Assembly (NCBI RefSeq): GCF_036321535.1
Contig: NC_087436.1
Span: 53,074,001-53,138,000, forward strand
Length of the DNA: 64,000 nucleotides
From: Camelus dromedarius
Taxonomy: Eukaryota
Direction: 5' to 3'
Each line of letters begins with the position of its first letter. Position 1 is the first letter of the stretch. The position numbers were made by a program, and so were the translations under genes. Of this stretch, positions 1 to 13,324 are shown piece after piece. The notes below the pieces were generated by a model that worked only from the letters and a program-made list of their open reading frames with translations, was not told the origin of the DNA and ran no database searches.

Positions 1-274
1 TCCTTTTTATGACTATGCCACAGGAATGAGACATTTAGATGGCAAGGATGACTTCTAACGGCTGTGTAATATTCCATCAGGTGTACATTCTACAGTTTAT
101 TCAATGCTTTATGTTGTCAACTTTATGTTGTCTGTTATGATCCAGCTGCCTGGGGAAAATGAAGCCATGTTAACAGTAATACTTGTTTCTCTAACTCTCT
201 TGCAACTTTCCTTTGCTGGGCTTCAGGCTCTCTTCAAAGGCTCCTCCTGCCATTTCTAGGGGTCCCCCAGGGAT

Positions 275-625
275 TCATCCATTCATTTGACCCACAAGTA
301 TGAACACATATCCTGTACCGGGCAAAGCACTGGGGATGCAATAGTGAGAAAAAAAATGGGCACAGCTGCTGCTCTGTTGGTGTTTCTAATCTTACGGAGG
401 AAAGCAAACCCTAGTCAGATGATCACCCAGGGAGTCAAACACAAGCTATGTGAACAGAGCCCTAAAGAAAAGGTAGGAAAAAGCAGGGTGTGGTGAGAAC
501 AATGGCCCCAGACTGGAGCTCAAGGACAGTCTCTGAGGAAGCTCCTGATTGAGATCTGGCCTGCAGAGAAGCTCACTGGGTCTGGGGAAGCAGTTCTGAA
601 GAAAGAGGGTCACCTCTGGCAGAGG
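275..625 (-). mobile_element. L2 3'-end remnant (continues at ~1520-1640 beyond LTR/L1 insertions)
   Basis: ATTCATCCATTCATT tail followed by GCACTGGGGATGCAATAGTGA. Confidence 0.55.
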
Positions 626-699
626 ACTGACAAGGGCAAAAGCTCCACGGTCGGGGTGAGGGGGTGGGGAAAGGCCCTGGGGCTGTGAGTGCACACCAC

Positions 700-1130
700 G
701 CAGTTTCGTTATTTTCCAGGTATGGAGGGGCCAACACGTCAGGAGACAATCGCCATTAAAAAGATCATTTGTTATATTCACAGTTACCAAGAGGAAGGAT
801 GAGGGTCAGAGGCTGAGGGAGCGAGGGAGAAACGTGGGCAAGAGCCTTTGTCATGGTTTCTGTGGGAAGGAAGAGTACATGGCATAGAACTGGCCAGTTT
901 GAATAGTTTCCGCAGGCCTTAGAGGAATAAAGGCTGTCGGTACTCATCTGGTACATGGTCCTGGGGTGTTTAGAGCAGGGAAATAGTGCCCCTGAGTGTG
1001 CAAGGAGGTGGTTAGTGATATGCATATGAAAGGTGTACTCACAGGCAGGCTTTTTGCTGTCTCTAGAATTTGCCTCGCCCTGGGACAGGAGTTCCTCCAG
1101 GGTGAGAGAGCCCCAAAATGCCAAAACATC
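700..1130. mobile_element. ERVL-type solo LTR remnant (MER76-like)
   Basis: GCAAGAGCCTTTGTCATGGTTTCTGTGGGAAGGAA...GGCCAGTTTGAATAGTTTC...TCTGGTACATGGTCCTGGGGTGTTTAGAGCAGGG resembles the recalled consensus; boundaries approximate. Confidence 0.4.
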
Positions 1131-1167
1131 CAAAGTACAGAATAAAAGACACGATTAATAGAGTAAG

Positions 1168-1513
1168 TTTGATTCCACAAGTAAGTGCTATCATATGATA
1201 TTTGTCTTTCTCTGTCTTTTGTGAAATCTTAAAAAAAAAAAAAAAGACAGTATTTACAAACCAGAAACAGACTCACAGACATAGAAAACAACCTTATGGT
1301 TACCAAAAGGGAAAGCAGCAGGGAGGGATAAATTAGGAGTCTGAGGTTAGCAAACTACTATCTACAAAATAGATAAATAAAAAGGTCCTACTGTATAGCA
1401 CAGGGGCCTGTAATAACCTACAATGAAAAAGAGTATATGTATGTAAGACTGTCACTACGCTGTGCACCAGAAACTAACACGGAATTGTAAATCAACTATA
1501 CTTCAATTAAAAA
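1168..1513 (+). mobile_element. L1 3'-end fragment with short inverted 5' segment
   Basis: ACAGACTCACAGACATAGAAAAC...CTACTGTATAGCACAGGG...GTAAATCAACTATACTTCAATTAAAAAA. Positions 1168-1216 are the adjacent L1 sequence in antisense. Confidence 0.8.
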
Positions 1514-1814
1514 ATGCAGTCTGTTTGAGGAATATCAAAGGGGCAGGGTGGCTACAGTAGCGTTAGCAAGAGGGAGCTATTGTGGGCAAGGATGAGAGAA
1601 TTCAGTGAAAGCAGATCTTTCCAGTTTTTGTCGTCCTTTTCTTCTTTGTTCACAAATATGCAGCTGGGCAGGAGGTGCAATCTGGGAGGCAGAAGCATCT
1701 GCACACAGAAGTGTCCCCACACAGGTCCTGAGAGCGGGCTAAGTCTGGATTCGGAGTCTCTTCCTTGGGGATAGATTTTTTTCTTAAGCTCTTTGTCAAA
1801 TAGACCTGAGTGGA

Positions 1815-2038
1815 GTGGTTCTCACCCGGGAGCAATTTTATTCCCCATGGGATATTTCGCATTGCCTACACATATTTTGAGTTCTCACACCTTGGCAGAG
1901 GGTGCTACTGGCATTTAGTGGGCAGAGGCCTGGGATGCTGTGAAACACACTAAAATGCATGGGACAGCCCCCACCCCCACCCCTAGTAAAGCATCATCTG
2001 TCCCCAAATGTCAATAGTGCTGAGGCTGAGATACATTG
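1815..2038. mobile_element. MER20 hAT-Charlie DNA transposon relic
   Basis: GTGGTTCTCA...GGTGCTACTGGCATTTAGTGGGCAGAGGCCTGGGATGCTG...CCAAATGTCAATAGTGCTGAGGCTGAGA. Confidence 0.85.
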
Positions 2039-4470
2039 TCCTAAATATCTGCATTCTAGAAGTGAATAGGGCAAGGGTTTAAACCGTGACCCTTTACAAC
2101 AGAATTTTTCATTGTAGTCAAGATGCAGTGGACATACTGCATACATCAGTTCTATGAATCTTTTTTTAGTCTCAAGAAACGTCTTATTTTTCTTCTCCCT
2201 ACTTCTCTCTTCTTCTGTTTCTGGGGAAGAAGGACTGTGGAGCTTATGTGGAAAGAGTTACTTAATCTACTATCTCATAGCACGGTTCCAAAGCCCTTTC
2301 AGCAACTGTGTTTGTTTGTTTTGTTTATTTTTGAGTCTCCCTATGGCTTTAGGAGATCATATCCACTCAACAAGTCTTTAATGATTGGTTACCGCGTGCT
2401 TAGCATGTGTCCAATCTCTGGAAATCTAGCACAGCGCCTGACACAGTTTGCATAGGGACCTGGCCAGGAGAACATTCATTATCTTAGTTACTTCTCCTGA
2501 TAGTCCTGTAATGGATGGATTAATATACCACTTCTTACACTTGAGTCAATAGAGGCTTGAAGGATTGAGTCATGTCTAGGTCACATGCTAGTATATAGTA
2601 GACCCTCGATTTGAAGCCAAGCACATGGTCTGACCCTAAGCCAACGCCCTTCTTGTAGAACTCCATGACTCCATCCCTACTGATGGAAGCTGTAGACCAC
2701 GGCTTTTCATCCCATTAAGAACTGTGCTCCAGTTGGCTCTTTTAATTTAGAGAACTCCATTAAACTCACTCAGCTTCTCCCCAGAGTAAGCACAGTCTTG
2801 GATAAAGGAAAAATATTAGCTGAGGGAATAAAATGTCCTCATAATTGCTTGACTCCCACTCCACCAGAAAGGGTGGCTTTCCAAAACTCTGACTCCTACT
2901 TAATTAGTACCTTAGTTGAGGTGCTGTAAACTAGCAGAGATCAGTTAGGGATAGTGACAATGTTGGAGGACATTTGCTGACATTACTCAAGTTCTGTTCT
3001 CCACATTGCTCCCTGGAAAATCAGCAAATTCTCACTGAGACTCAGGCTAGCCCTGAATTTCACAGAAGACAGTAAGACTCATCACAACAGGCCTGTTTCT
3101 GCTCTCAAAATACAGATCTAACCCTTAGATGTCAGCCCTTCCCCACCTCGCAGTCTAGCTCTTATGTCTCCCAGGTTATCAACAGTTCTTTTAAAGGTTA
3201 TATCCTTCTCCCTTCTTTATTGTTTTAATGGTTTTTTTCCACTATGTCCATATTCCCTCTCTAAGTGACATGAGCTAGCTAGCCAGATAATCTTTGGTAA
3301 ATACATTGAGCTCTACACCATGGTATAGCTTAAAAAATAAGATGCATAAAGCAAGTTGCAGAAAAGTATTAAAATGTGATTTTAACTGTGTTATAAAAAG
3401 AAAAAGTATTTTAACATGCGTGAAATATGTCTGGACTGAGATAACAGCAATCACAGGACAGTGGGGCTGAGGAGCTCAGAGAGCGATTCAATGTAGATGT
3501 TTGCTTTTTGGAGGTTTCTAAGACCTAGGCTGCTTTCCCAGGTGGAATTCTACAGGTGCCAAGATGCCACTCTTGCCTTAACTATAATTTAAGTCACTAA
3601 GCTCTTGATTGGTTGACTAGAAGTTATACTTTAATTATAGCTCATAGAGACTCCTAATAAAATAAATTATTAATCTTTAAAAAAACTGCTTTATACAACT
3701 GGGATCCACACTCAGATTTCAGAATGACGGTACCTCCATCAACAAAGGTAGGGCATCTTCCTTGCTCTAGTGCATTACTCTTTTTAGGTTAATACTCACC
3801 CAGTTGGTCCATTTCCATTGACCTCTAGCAATGCTGATTTTGCTGTAAACAGTTACAACCATCACTGGGCAAAGATGGCTTTGTATGGTCGGTGAGCTGT
3901 CACTACCCAAGCAAGAGAAGTCATTCAGTGACTGATCACAGCTGAAAGCAGAATCAGTAAATCTTTGTAATAGGAATATTGAGCTTGCCAAGCAGAGCCC
4001 TCTGGCCCACAAATGTCCTGACCAATTAGAGAGACTCTCCAGGGCACACCATTCACTCCACACCCTCAACTATCTTTCTTCTTCTCGTCCAACTTTTTTT
4101 TTTTTCCATGATCATAGTGCAGTCTCTGCTGAAATTTAAGAAAGACTAAAACTCAGGGACACCTGTTGTAGTTGGAAACGACCATGTTGTCTGTGTTATA
4201 GTGGCCACGGAGCCTGACAGCTGCACAAATGCAAGGCCAGGCGGGGTCCACTTCAATAGAAGTGTCTTCTCTGTTTGGGAAAAAAAAATGCCAACAGAAC
4301 CTCAGATCCTGGGCCGTTGCTCTGGGTTTGTTTTTGTGTTTGTGTGTTTGTTCTCGCAGAAAGATTTTCTGGTCTGTCTCTAGATAGACACACATATATA
4401 CACATATAGATAGTTGGACTAGCAGCTAATTGAAAAAAATCAAAATGGGGAATGAAAAGTATATATATTT

Positions 4471-4700
4471 TGGGGGAGGAAGGATAAATTAGAAGTTTGA
4501 GGTTTGCAGATCAAAACTACTATATATAAAATAGATAACAAAGTCCTACAGTGTAGCACAGGGAACTCTACTCAGTATCTTGTAATTGCATATAATGAGA
4601 AAGAATCTGAAAAAGAATACATATAAATGTATAATTGAATCACTATGCTGCACACCAGAAGCTAACACATTATAAATCAACACCATTTCCATTAAAAAAT
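4471..4700 (+). mobile_element. L1 3'-end fragment
   Basis: GGATAAATTAGAAGTTTGAGGTTTGCAGA...TAGCACAGGGAACT...GAATCACTATGCTGCACACCAGAAGCTAACAC; homologous to the other L1 3' ends in the window. Confidence 0.85.
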
Positions 4701-6008
4701 ATATTAAATATATATTTAAATATGTTACCTTAAAATATAGATGTCTATTTATTTTCCAATATCTAATGCAGGGCCAAGGGTTGATTTGAGTGTGGACACA
4801 CTGCTTGGAGCTGTGTTTTTACCTCTTCTAGGCGATCCCAACTTTCTGATGCACTGTGCACAATTTCCAGGCTGGGATTTCTTTAAAGTGGAATTAGAAC
4901 ACCAAGATACTTGTAAAACAATCTGAGTGCAGATTCCATCTAGGTGTTTACCATCTAAAGTTAACTTGACCATGTATCATTCCATAGCAATGTCTTTCCA
5001 AGGTATTCTCTTTATTTTTCATAGAAAAAAAAGAACTCTCATTTCACTAATTTCACTGGCTTATGTAGTATATAATTAAAAGAATACAATCCAAATAATA
5101 AGTACAACTGGCATTGACTGGTTTGGGGACAAAGTCCAACTGATCCTTGGATGGTAAGCAGCCCAGCTGGAGGGAGCAGAGGGGGCAGGTGGCTGGGGGA
5201 GCAGTCACCAGCAGTGCCCAGCTCCCCCTGATGGCATCGGTCACCGGTCTTCCTTAACTCTGGGAGAAGATGCAGCCTAGGTCAGTTCATGGAATGTCTG
5301 CTGTTTATTCATCTCTTTCAGAGTTTTCCAGTGCATTTTAAGCAGCGTAAAACCCTCTCTTCAGATGCAATCTTACACAGAAGAACGGAGCATCTAACAA
5401 GAGTGTGGTTGTTCTGGGGGAGCTGCTTTCATCCCCTTTAAATCCCTTCTCTTCCCCCAAGGTGGCCCTTGAAAAACCTCTGGAACCTCTAGGGTTGTGT
5501 GAAGCACAATATGAAAACCTCAGCCAGAGCAAGTCCTTTTATAATAAAATGATAAACTGAGATCTAAAGGTATTATGACCAGAACTCAGCTTTTCTGCTT
5601 CCTGGGCTTCAACATTGTCTGCTACATTTTCTGACTTTTGTTTCCCAGGCAACTTGAGGCTGCCCCTCATGGGGCCTTCTGCCATCTGCTTATTTGCGCG
5701 GCAGCCCAGAGGCCAGGAGGGAGTGGAGTGATGCAGGCCCAGCGTGGGCTCACTCTCTGCAGAGCTGTCTGAACTTGCCACCAGCATCTAACCCCTGTGA
5801 ATCAGCATGTGGAGGGCCAGCCATGACTCCTTCCTGACCTTTCTTTGAGACTGTTACTTTTCCACACTTGGTGGGCTGAAGAGGTACTTTCAATGTTAAA
5901 TACTTGGTCTCTGCTTTTGTCGTCAACATCTGAGCTGGCAAGAGCAAATATTAGACACAAAGGCCCAGACCTGACTTGGGCCAGTGCAGTGCGGAAGCAG
6001 AGGACCAG

Positions 6009-6303
6009 TTTCTGTTCAAGATGGCAGAGTAGCAGGACCATGAACTTGCCCCCTCTCGGGATCACAACAAAACCACAACTTCTAAATAGTTGAACAACCA
6101 TCAATTTAAAAAAGACTAGAACTGGGGGAGGTTATAGCTCAAATGGTAGAGCGCATGCTTAGTATGCATGAGGTCTTGGGTTCAATCCCCAGTACTGCCT
6201 CTAAAAAAATAAATAAACAAACCTAATTACCCCCACCCCCAAATAAACTTAAAAAAGAAAACAAAAAACAGAACTTAAAAAAAGACTAGAACCTACCAAA
6301 AAA
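6009..6303 (+). mobile_element. Short L1 5'-UTR-like fragment (interrupted by the Vic-1-like SINE)
   Basis: Begins TTCAAGATGGCAGAGTAG (YY1-type CAAGATGGC typical of L1 5' ends). Flanked by a 14/15 direct repeat GAAGCAGA(G/A)GACCAG at 5994-6008 and 6304-6318. Confidence 0.55.
6123..6277 (+). mobile_element. tRNA-derived SINE, camelid Vic-1-like
   Basis: A box TAGCTCAAATGG, B box GGTTCAATCCC, AAACCTAATTACC tail and A-rich end. Exact 15-bp TSD AAAAAAGACTAGAAC at 6108-6122 and 6278-6292. Confidence 0.9.
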
Positions 6304-6769
6304 GAAGCAGAAGACCAGAGCAGGAGCCAAAATCATGAAAGGCCCTGTGTCCATGCTAAGGAGTCTGGATTTCATCCTGGAGGTGATGGAATGGAATTAA
6401 AGACTTGCAGGCAGGGGCGTGACATGAGTGGATCTGTGACTGAGATGGATCACCCTGTCGACACCAGCAAATGGACGGTGGTGGGAGGTGGGACAGAAGG
6501 CAGGGAAACCAGAGGATGGTGGCTACAGGAATTCAGGGGAAAGATGATAGAGACCTGCACTAGGGTGGTGACAATTTGGATAGAGGGGAGGAGCTAGATT
6601 CCAAGGCATTAAGCTTGCCTGTACTTAGAACACTTTCCAACTGCTGACTAGAAAGCTGAATTAAAGTGGCCAAAATCATTTTCAGGGGCATGCAACAGTG
6701 TGGATGTCACATATGATCAAGCTTCAGATTCAATTTCGGGGACCATTCCCAAGCTTCCAGTTTCCCTCT

Positions 6770-6885
6770 AGGGGCCACCACATCTGGCTGGACAGGCTGT
6801 GTACTGCACAATTCCAGAAGATGCTGCTGACGTAGACCGCAGTGTGTTTAAAGCACCTTCAAGTTGTGCCATGCTACCATCCTGC
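6770..6885. mobile_element. MER91A-like hAT relic
   Basis: GGGCCACCACATCTGGCTGGACAGGCTGTGTACTGCACAATTCCAG...AGTTGTGC. Confidence 0.5.
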
Positions 6886-9800
6886 TCCCTATGGTTGCGT
6901 GAACAAACGCTTCTAGAGATGGTCTACAAAGCTTCTTGAGAAATGTTCTGTGAGGTATATAAGCCCTACTAAATAGAAGAGGTGAGGGTGAGGCAAGATT
7001 ACTAATGGTTACTTTCAGCATCTAATGCAAGACTGAAACCATCCTTGCTTCAATTGGAGCTGAGAGAGGAGAGGAGGGCAGATGGCAGCAGGCTCTTGGG
7101 TGGTTGGGGTCGTATAAAGCATTTGGCATCCGAACGGACTGAGGCAGAACTTCCAACAATGCAGCGTGGCTCCAGAATGTGGAATCCAGCCCCACCAAGG
7201 ATGCCTTGCCTTGGTGCCCAGTTCAGGGGCCCAGGGTGTGGACAGCAGAGGAACTTGGAAAAGTATGTGCAATGGCAAGCCCCTCGGCAGCATCTGCACC
7301 CACACACCAAGAGGCGTTTCCTTTCCCCTGTGTGTTTGGGAAAAGGCTGAGGTTCCCTCACTTTCCCTTGTTTCACAATAGCCAATAAGGAAGGTAAGTC
7401 TTCCAGTAGCAGGCCTCCTGCTCATGATTCATGGTGCGTATGAAATGGACAAAGAAGTAAATGAGTAAGTGTAATTGTGTTTCACTGTCCACAGTTGACA
7501 TATTTCTGGGAAGTTGGGAGTAGACTACATACAAACCAAGCTGGAAGCCCTAAGAGATGAAAATTGCAAAGGAAAGTGCCACACGCTGTGTCAGTCATAA
7601 AATCAGTGCCTAACAGTGCCTGGCACCTAGTACATGCTCTCTGAAAGGTCACTGAACTCACATATAAATGAATCATGTTAACCAAGTGCTTTCTACACCA
7701 ATTAGCTCATTTGATCCTAACAAGTCTGTGAAGTAGGTGTTTTATTTCCATTTTATAGAGGAGAAAACAGAAGCTCAAAAATGTTAACTGACTTAAGTGC
7801 TCAAGATCACAAAACTAATAAATGGTATAGCTGGGACGTTAATTGAGATCTGATTGTTTCCACTACTCCACAGCTGTCTGTAATTCTGCATAATTCTGAT
7901 ATAAAGCAACCTACTGAGGTTTTTGTAAAGAAGAAAACCATGCCTAATGTGTATTCTGTAAGTCATTTTTGGGATGTTACTTTGGATTCTCCTAGAGTGG
8001 GGCTTTCCTCTTGGAAATGTGTTAAGTCCCTAGTTTACCCTCATTTTGAAGAGTCATTGAAGCACATAAAGGATGGTAGGCACAAAAAGGGAAAAAGAAA
8101 AATACAAAAAAAAAATTCTTAACTTTCCCTCTTTTGTCTTGTCTATTAGAATTTGCATCTCTCATATTTAGCTAGCATTGTAAAATATTTTATCTCTTTT
8201 TCTGTCTGGTTCAAGGCTGAAAGATTTGTTTTCTAAAATTGGCACCCTAATTTGTTGGGTTGACTTGATAAATGAATGAAGTAGAAATTGGTGTAGAATA
8301 ATGGAAAACCTTGCCCTAAAATCACAGGCATTAAGAACCATCCATGGAGGGGATCATGAATCACTGGGGTTCTGAACTTCCTTCTACGCAAAAGCTGAAG
8401 AAGATGAGCCCAATGGTGAAGGCAGCTGATCTCAGAAAGTGTCACCTCCCAGATGTGCTACAGAGGTGGGTTCAGCCCACATGCAGTCATCCAGATTTCC
8501 AGGTGTCTCCCACCTGCTTGGGGCTTTGTGGGCCAAAGTCACTTTGAACCTTCACATCCTCTGGAAGTGATCCCCAAGGCTCCCACTGAACATCTCGTTC
8601 TTGGTTCCTGTCCTAAACCATTGTTGAGCTCTGCACACTAGGTGTGCTTTCTCTGCTGATCTTTTTTTAGGTGAGGGTGAACTGAAACCCAAGGATCAGG
8701 TGCTGGCTGCAGAACAAAGATGTTAATTTCCACCAGGATCAAAGGTGAACAGAAACCCAAAATAAGGACAGCACCATCACCATCAGGGGCTTCAGACAAT
8801 AAAGCAGAACACATTTTTATAATTATATCAGAGACGCTGCTCAGGAGACTTTAACTAGAGTAGTGCAATGTCTTGATTTGATCGACCTTGTCCTTATTTG
8901 ACTGGTGGAAGTGTCATAGCCGACGGTGGTATTTTCAGGGATTTCAGAGACCTCAAGTTTGTTTGTGGCTAAACTTCACTCATTCAACTTTCCCTCATTC
9001 AGAGCCCTTTCCCCACGTTAATTTATCTAAAGCACTGAACAGAAACTGATCAACTGTCTAATTTTAAAATAGAAAGAGAATTTGTTTAGTATTTTAGTTG
9101 ATAAAAGAGAGTCCAATAAGATCTAAATACATACCTGCACACATAAAATTTTGATGAAGGTGGCCACATATTCCCCGCAAACACACTGCAAATTCACAGT
9201 GGTGTTTACTGAAGTGCACTATTTTTAGAAAAGTCCAGTCTGCTGGAGCTTGGCTTTGAGAGAGTTGCTTGATCCTCCCTTTCATTGCTACGTGGTAGAG
9301 TGGACCTTGGCGAGCCCTGGGTGGGGAGAAATCATCACCTGGGCTTCCACTGCATGAACCTCCTCTCCTGTGACCAAATATAGCCCTGCTGCTTCAGGAA
9401 GGTTTGCATAAAAGGGATTGATTTCCATTTAATTCTGCAAATGGACTCCCTGAGTGAGCCTGGCCGAAAGGAAGAGAATAAGAAGGAAAAAACAGTCTTA
9501 GGCAGTTCTGGCCAGCTTCCAAGTGCTCCAAGCTGACAGGGCAACTGGTTTAATCTGCTTCTTTAGAGCTGAAGACATGCTTAACTCTCCAGGCCAGAAA
9601 CTTGGGACTTAATAAGCAATTGCCTGAGATTCTGATTTTTTTCTGGTATAAAAAGCAAAACCCAAACCGAAATACTAAATATATGCTAGAGTTATCCTAG
9701 ATCAAAAAAAAACTTTAATTGCAGAAATTGTGGCTTCCCTCTTTCACTTAAAAATGACTTTTAAAATGTAAAAAAAAAAAAATACTTCTCTAAGAAAGGA

Positions 9801-10458
9801 TCATTTTGCATCTATTTTTACTGCATGATTAAATTAATACTGTTTAAGACAATAAGCTATCCCTCTTTAAAATGAAATTAATTGAGCTGGATCAAAAATA
9901 ATTGTTATTTATTTCCTGATCATTTACCATGGGCAGGCATTAATCTCAGTTTAGTTACAAAGATAAAGGTCAATAAAACATATTTACTGTTCTCACAGGG
10001 GCCTCAGTCTGGCAGGGACGCACAAATTCATGATGCTGTAAAGATATGTATTCTAATTTTCACACAGTGCAACGAGTGTTACACAAATGGATGGGCAAAA
10101 TGCTGGGAAAAGAAGCCAAGGTAGTAATGCATATGGCCTGGAATCGGGCAGAAGTGCACTGTGGCCTCACATGGATATTAACATTTAAGCCTGGCTTTGA
10201 AGAGCTCCTATCCAGCAAGATTTAAAAGTCAGGCCAGGAGTACGTGGGGACACACTGTACAGCAATCACTGACGGTGAGGCCAGCTCCGTTCAAACAAGG
10301 CGACTGGGCCAGAGACGGGATTACTCAGCTTCTGCCACCTAGCCCATCCCTCTCAGCTCTCACCTGAGTTGGAACGCTGGGATCCCACTCACTTTTGCTT
10401 CACCTCCTGACCTTCTACAGAAGCCTTGTCTCCGCAGTGCATCAAGACTCGTGCCTTA

Positions 10459-10752
10459 TTCACAGACATAGAAAACAAGCCTATGGTTACCAGCGGGGAA
10501 AGGGATTGGGGAGGAATAACTTGGGAGTTCGAGATTTGCAGATACTAACTACTAAACATAAAGTAGATACACAACAAGGTCCTACTGTATGGCACAGGGA
10601 ACTATATTCAATACCTTGCAATAGCCGATAGTGGAAAAGAATATGAAAAGGAATATACGTATATATTTATAACTGAATCACTATGTTGTACACCAGAAAT
10701 GAACATAACACTGTAAATCGACTATACTTCAATAAAAAGCAAACAAAATAAA
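10459..10752 (+). mobile_element. L1 3'-end fragment
   Basis: TCACAGACATAGAAAACAAG...GCACAGGGAACTATATTCAATA...CTATACTTCAATAAAAA; decayed TSD AAGACTCGTGCCTT (10444) / AAGACTTATGTCTT (10753). Confidence 0.88.
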
Positions 10753-10779
10753 AAGACTTATGTCTTTAAGATGGAAATC

Positions 10780-12140
10780 ATTTATCTCCTTAACACATAT
10801 GTGCAGAACACCAGCTTCCTGTCAGACGCTCTCCTAGATGCTTGGAAATGTGAGTAAACAAAACAGGCGGAAACCCCTGTTCTCGTTGAGTTCATTTTCT
10901 AGCAGTGAAGACAATGAAAAACATAAGAAACAAATATAAATAAGTAAATTTTACAGTCTATTAGAAAGTCGTAAGTACTATTTCACAATCTGTGCATTGA
11001 AAGTCCATCAGGAGTGGAGGAGTTGGGAGCAGGTTTACATTTTAAATAGGGCGACCAGGGTGGACCTCATTGAGAAATTGACATTATAGCAAAACTTGAA
11101 GAAGGGGCGGGATGATTGGAGAAGAGTGTTACAGGCAGAGGAAACAGCCAACGCAAACCACCAAAGTGGAAAGCACCTCATGTTTTTAAAAACAGCAAAG
11201 AGACCATTATGGCTGGAGCAGAGAGTGAGCAGGACAGAAAGATGAAGCCAGAGAAAGAAGGAGGATCAGCTCATAAAGGGTTTGTCTGGGTATGACTAGG
11301 AATCTGGATTTTATTCTGTGGGGAAGGGGTTTTGAACAGAGGAATGCCCTGCTCTGACTTAACACTTGAAAAAGGAAAAATCTGGCTGCTATGCTAGGGC
11401 TGGATGGCAGGGGAAAAAGTTGAAGCAGGATGAATGCCTAGGAGTCTGCTTCAGTAACCCAGGAAGGAGACGATGGAGGCTAAGAGCAGGGGGAGAAGCA
11501 GGGGATGGTGAGAGAGGTAGGGTTCCGGATCTATGGGGAGGGTGGAACCGAAGGGATTTGCTGACGGGTTGGCCGTGAGGATTCAGAGATGATGCCAAGG
11601 ATTATGTCCTGAGCATCTAGAAGGGTGGCATTTCCATCAGCTGAAATGGGAAAGGCGGCAAGTAAAACAGATTTGGGACTAAGATAAAGAGCTCTGTTTG
11701 GGACATATGAAATTTGAGATGTCTATCAGATACGCCAGCAGAGACATGAATCTGAGTTCACAGGAGAGGTCAGGATGGAGCAATGTATTTGGAAATTATT
11801 GGTATGTAAATCGTACTGAAAGTACTGAATAGTATTGGGTGAAATCACAAAGTGAATATGTACATATGGAGAAGAAAAGAACATGAACTGAGACAGAAAA
11901 GAAACAATCATGAAAGACTGAGAAGGAGGGATCAGGAACGTAGGAGGAATGCCAGACCATGCAGTTTCCTGGAAGTCAAATGAAGGAAGTTATAATCAAG
12001 GAAGAAAGAATGATCAGCTGTGTCCAAGGCTGCTGAAAAAAGGTAGAGAATTGGCCTTTGTATTTAACAATGTGCAGCTAAATCCCAGGACTCATTGCTA
12101 ACTCTTACAAGAGCAGTTTTGATGGAGTGGTAAATGTAAA
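10780..12140 (-). mobile_element. L2 LINE remnant (~1.3 kb)
   Basis: Purine-rich L2-type blocks (CAGGCAGAGGAAACAGC, TTTGGGACATATGAAATTTGAGATGTCTATCAGATA, GAAAGACTGAGAAGGAG). Confidence 0.75.
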
Positions 12141-13324
12141 GCTTGATTGGAGTCAGCCATTTGCAGTCTCTGTTTCAGAACGAGGTTCCCCAACCTGTTT
12201 CTGTTTCTGCCTTGCTTCTTATCCTTCTGCCCGTCTACCTGGCTGTTTTCTCATGTGTGTCTTCACATCAGCTTTGGACTTTGTGCTTGGCTCCATCTCC
12301 ATGGTTACAACTATGACTCTTTTAAATAAATGACTGCGTGTCCCAGCCACGTTGCCTCTAGATGCCTCGAATACAGATCCCTCCCAGCTCTCTGACCCTG
12401 ACCGTTTCTACTCTGATAATATCCTCATGGTACTATTACTATCCTATTACTACTAGATTTGTCCTGGCTTTAGAGGGGACCAGATACAAGTGTCAAAGAG
12501 CTTAACATAGATTTAGGTGTTGGCAAAGCTTTCTTGGTGCACAGATCATACGACATTTCTTTCTTCCCTTCAACCCAGTCCGTTTCATTTTTCCTGAGGC
12601 AGACTCACCAACCTGGATGCTATAGTTGGCTCTACCTTTCCAAGAAGCTGGGACCCTTCATGTCTTGAGCTGGCCACAAGGCCTAGCTTTGCTTAGTGGC
12701 CATGTGACTTCCATGGAGAGTTCTATATCCCTAGTCTTCCTCTGAATTCCTTTGAAGCTGTTTTGGAACTTTCTCCTTCCAAAATCATCCCACATAAGAA
12801 CTTCCACTAAGTTCTTGTCACTGGGAGCAGCATTAACATTCATCTTATTTGCATCACTATATGCTGGAATATGCTCTAATGCTAGGGGCACAGAGATGAA
12901 AAAAGGTCAAGTGGATTCCTAATAGATGTTTGTCATCCAAAGAGACACAATAAGGAGTATTTCTCGGGGACTTATGTTGGCCCTTATGTTTGTTATAGCT
13001 GCATTCAACACCAAGCTAAGACGATAATAATGATGATGGTGCTAGACTCCAGGATCTCAATCTCCTGGAAAAATAAAGGAATGATGGGATAAGAATGGAA
13101 GGTTGTTGAATAATGACTGCTAAAGGATTCTATCCAGAGAGAAAATTCAAACCAGATCTCTCTGTCCATGTTCTTTAGTCCAAATATTTCATGAAGGTTT
13201 CCTGAAAATAAACAATAATACCCAAGAATGGTCCCAGTGACTAGGTTAGGCATCTTAATAGAAACTGTGTGTAAAATTTATCATTTACTTAAGTTGACAA
13301 TGATGGAAAATTTTTGGAAGGTGT

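Noticed and set aside
6123..6200. Apparent tRNA genes (also at 16652, ~25130-25200, ~51070-51142)
   Set aside because: They have A/B boxes but also a SINE tail, an A-rich end and TSDs, so they are SINE heads, not tRNA genes.
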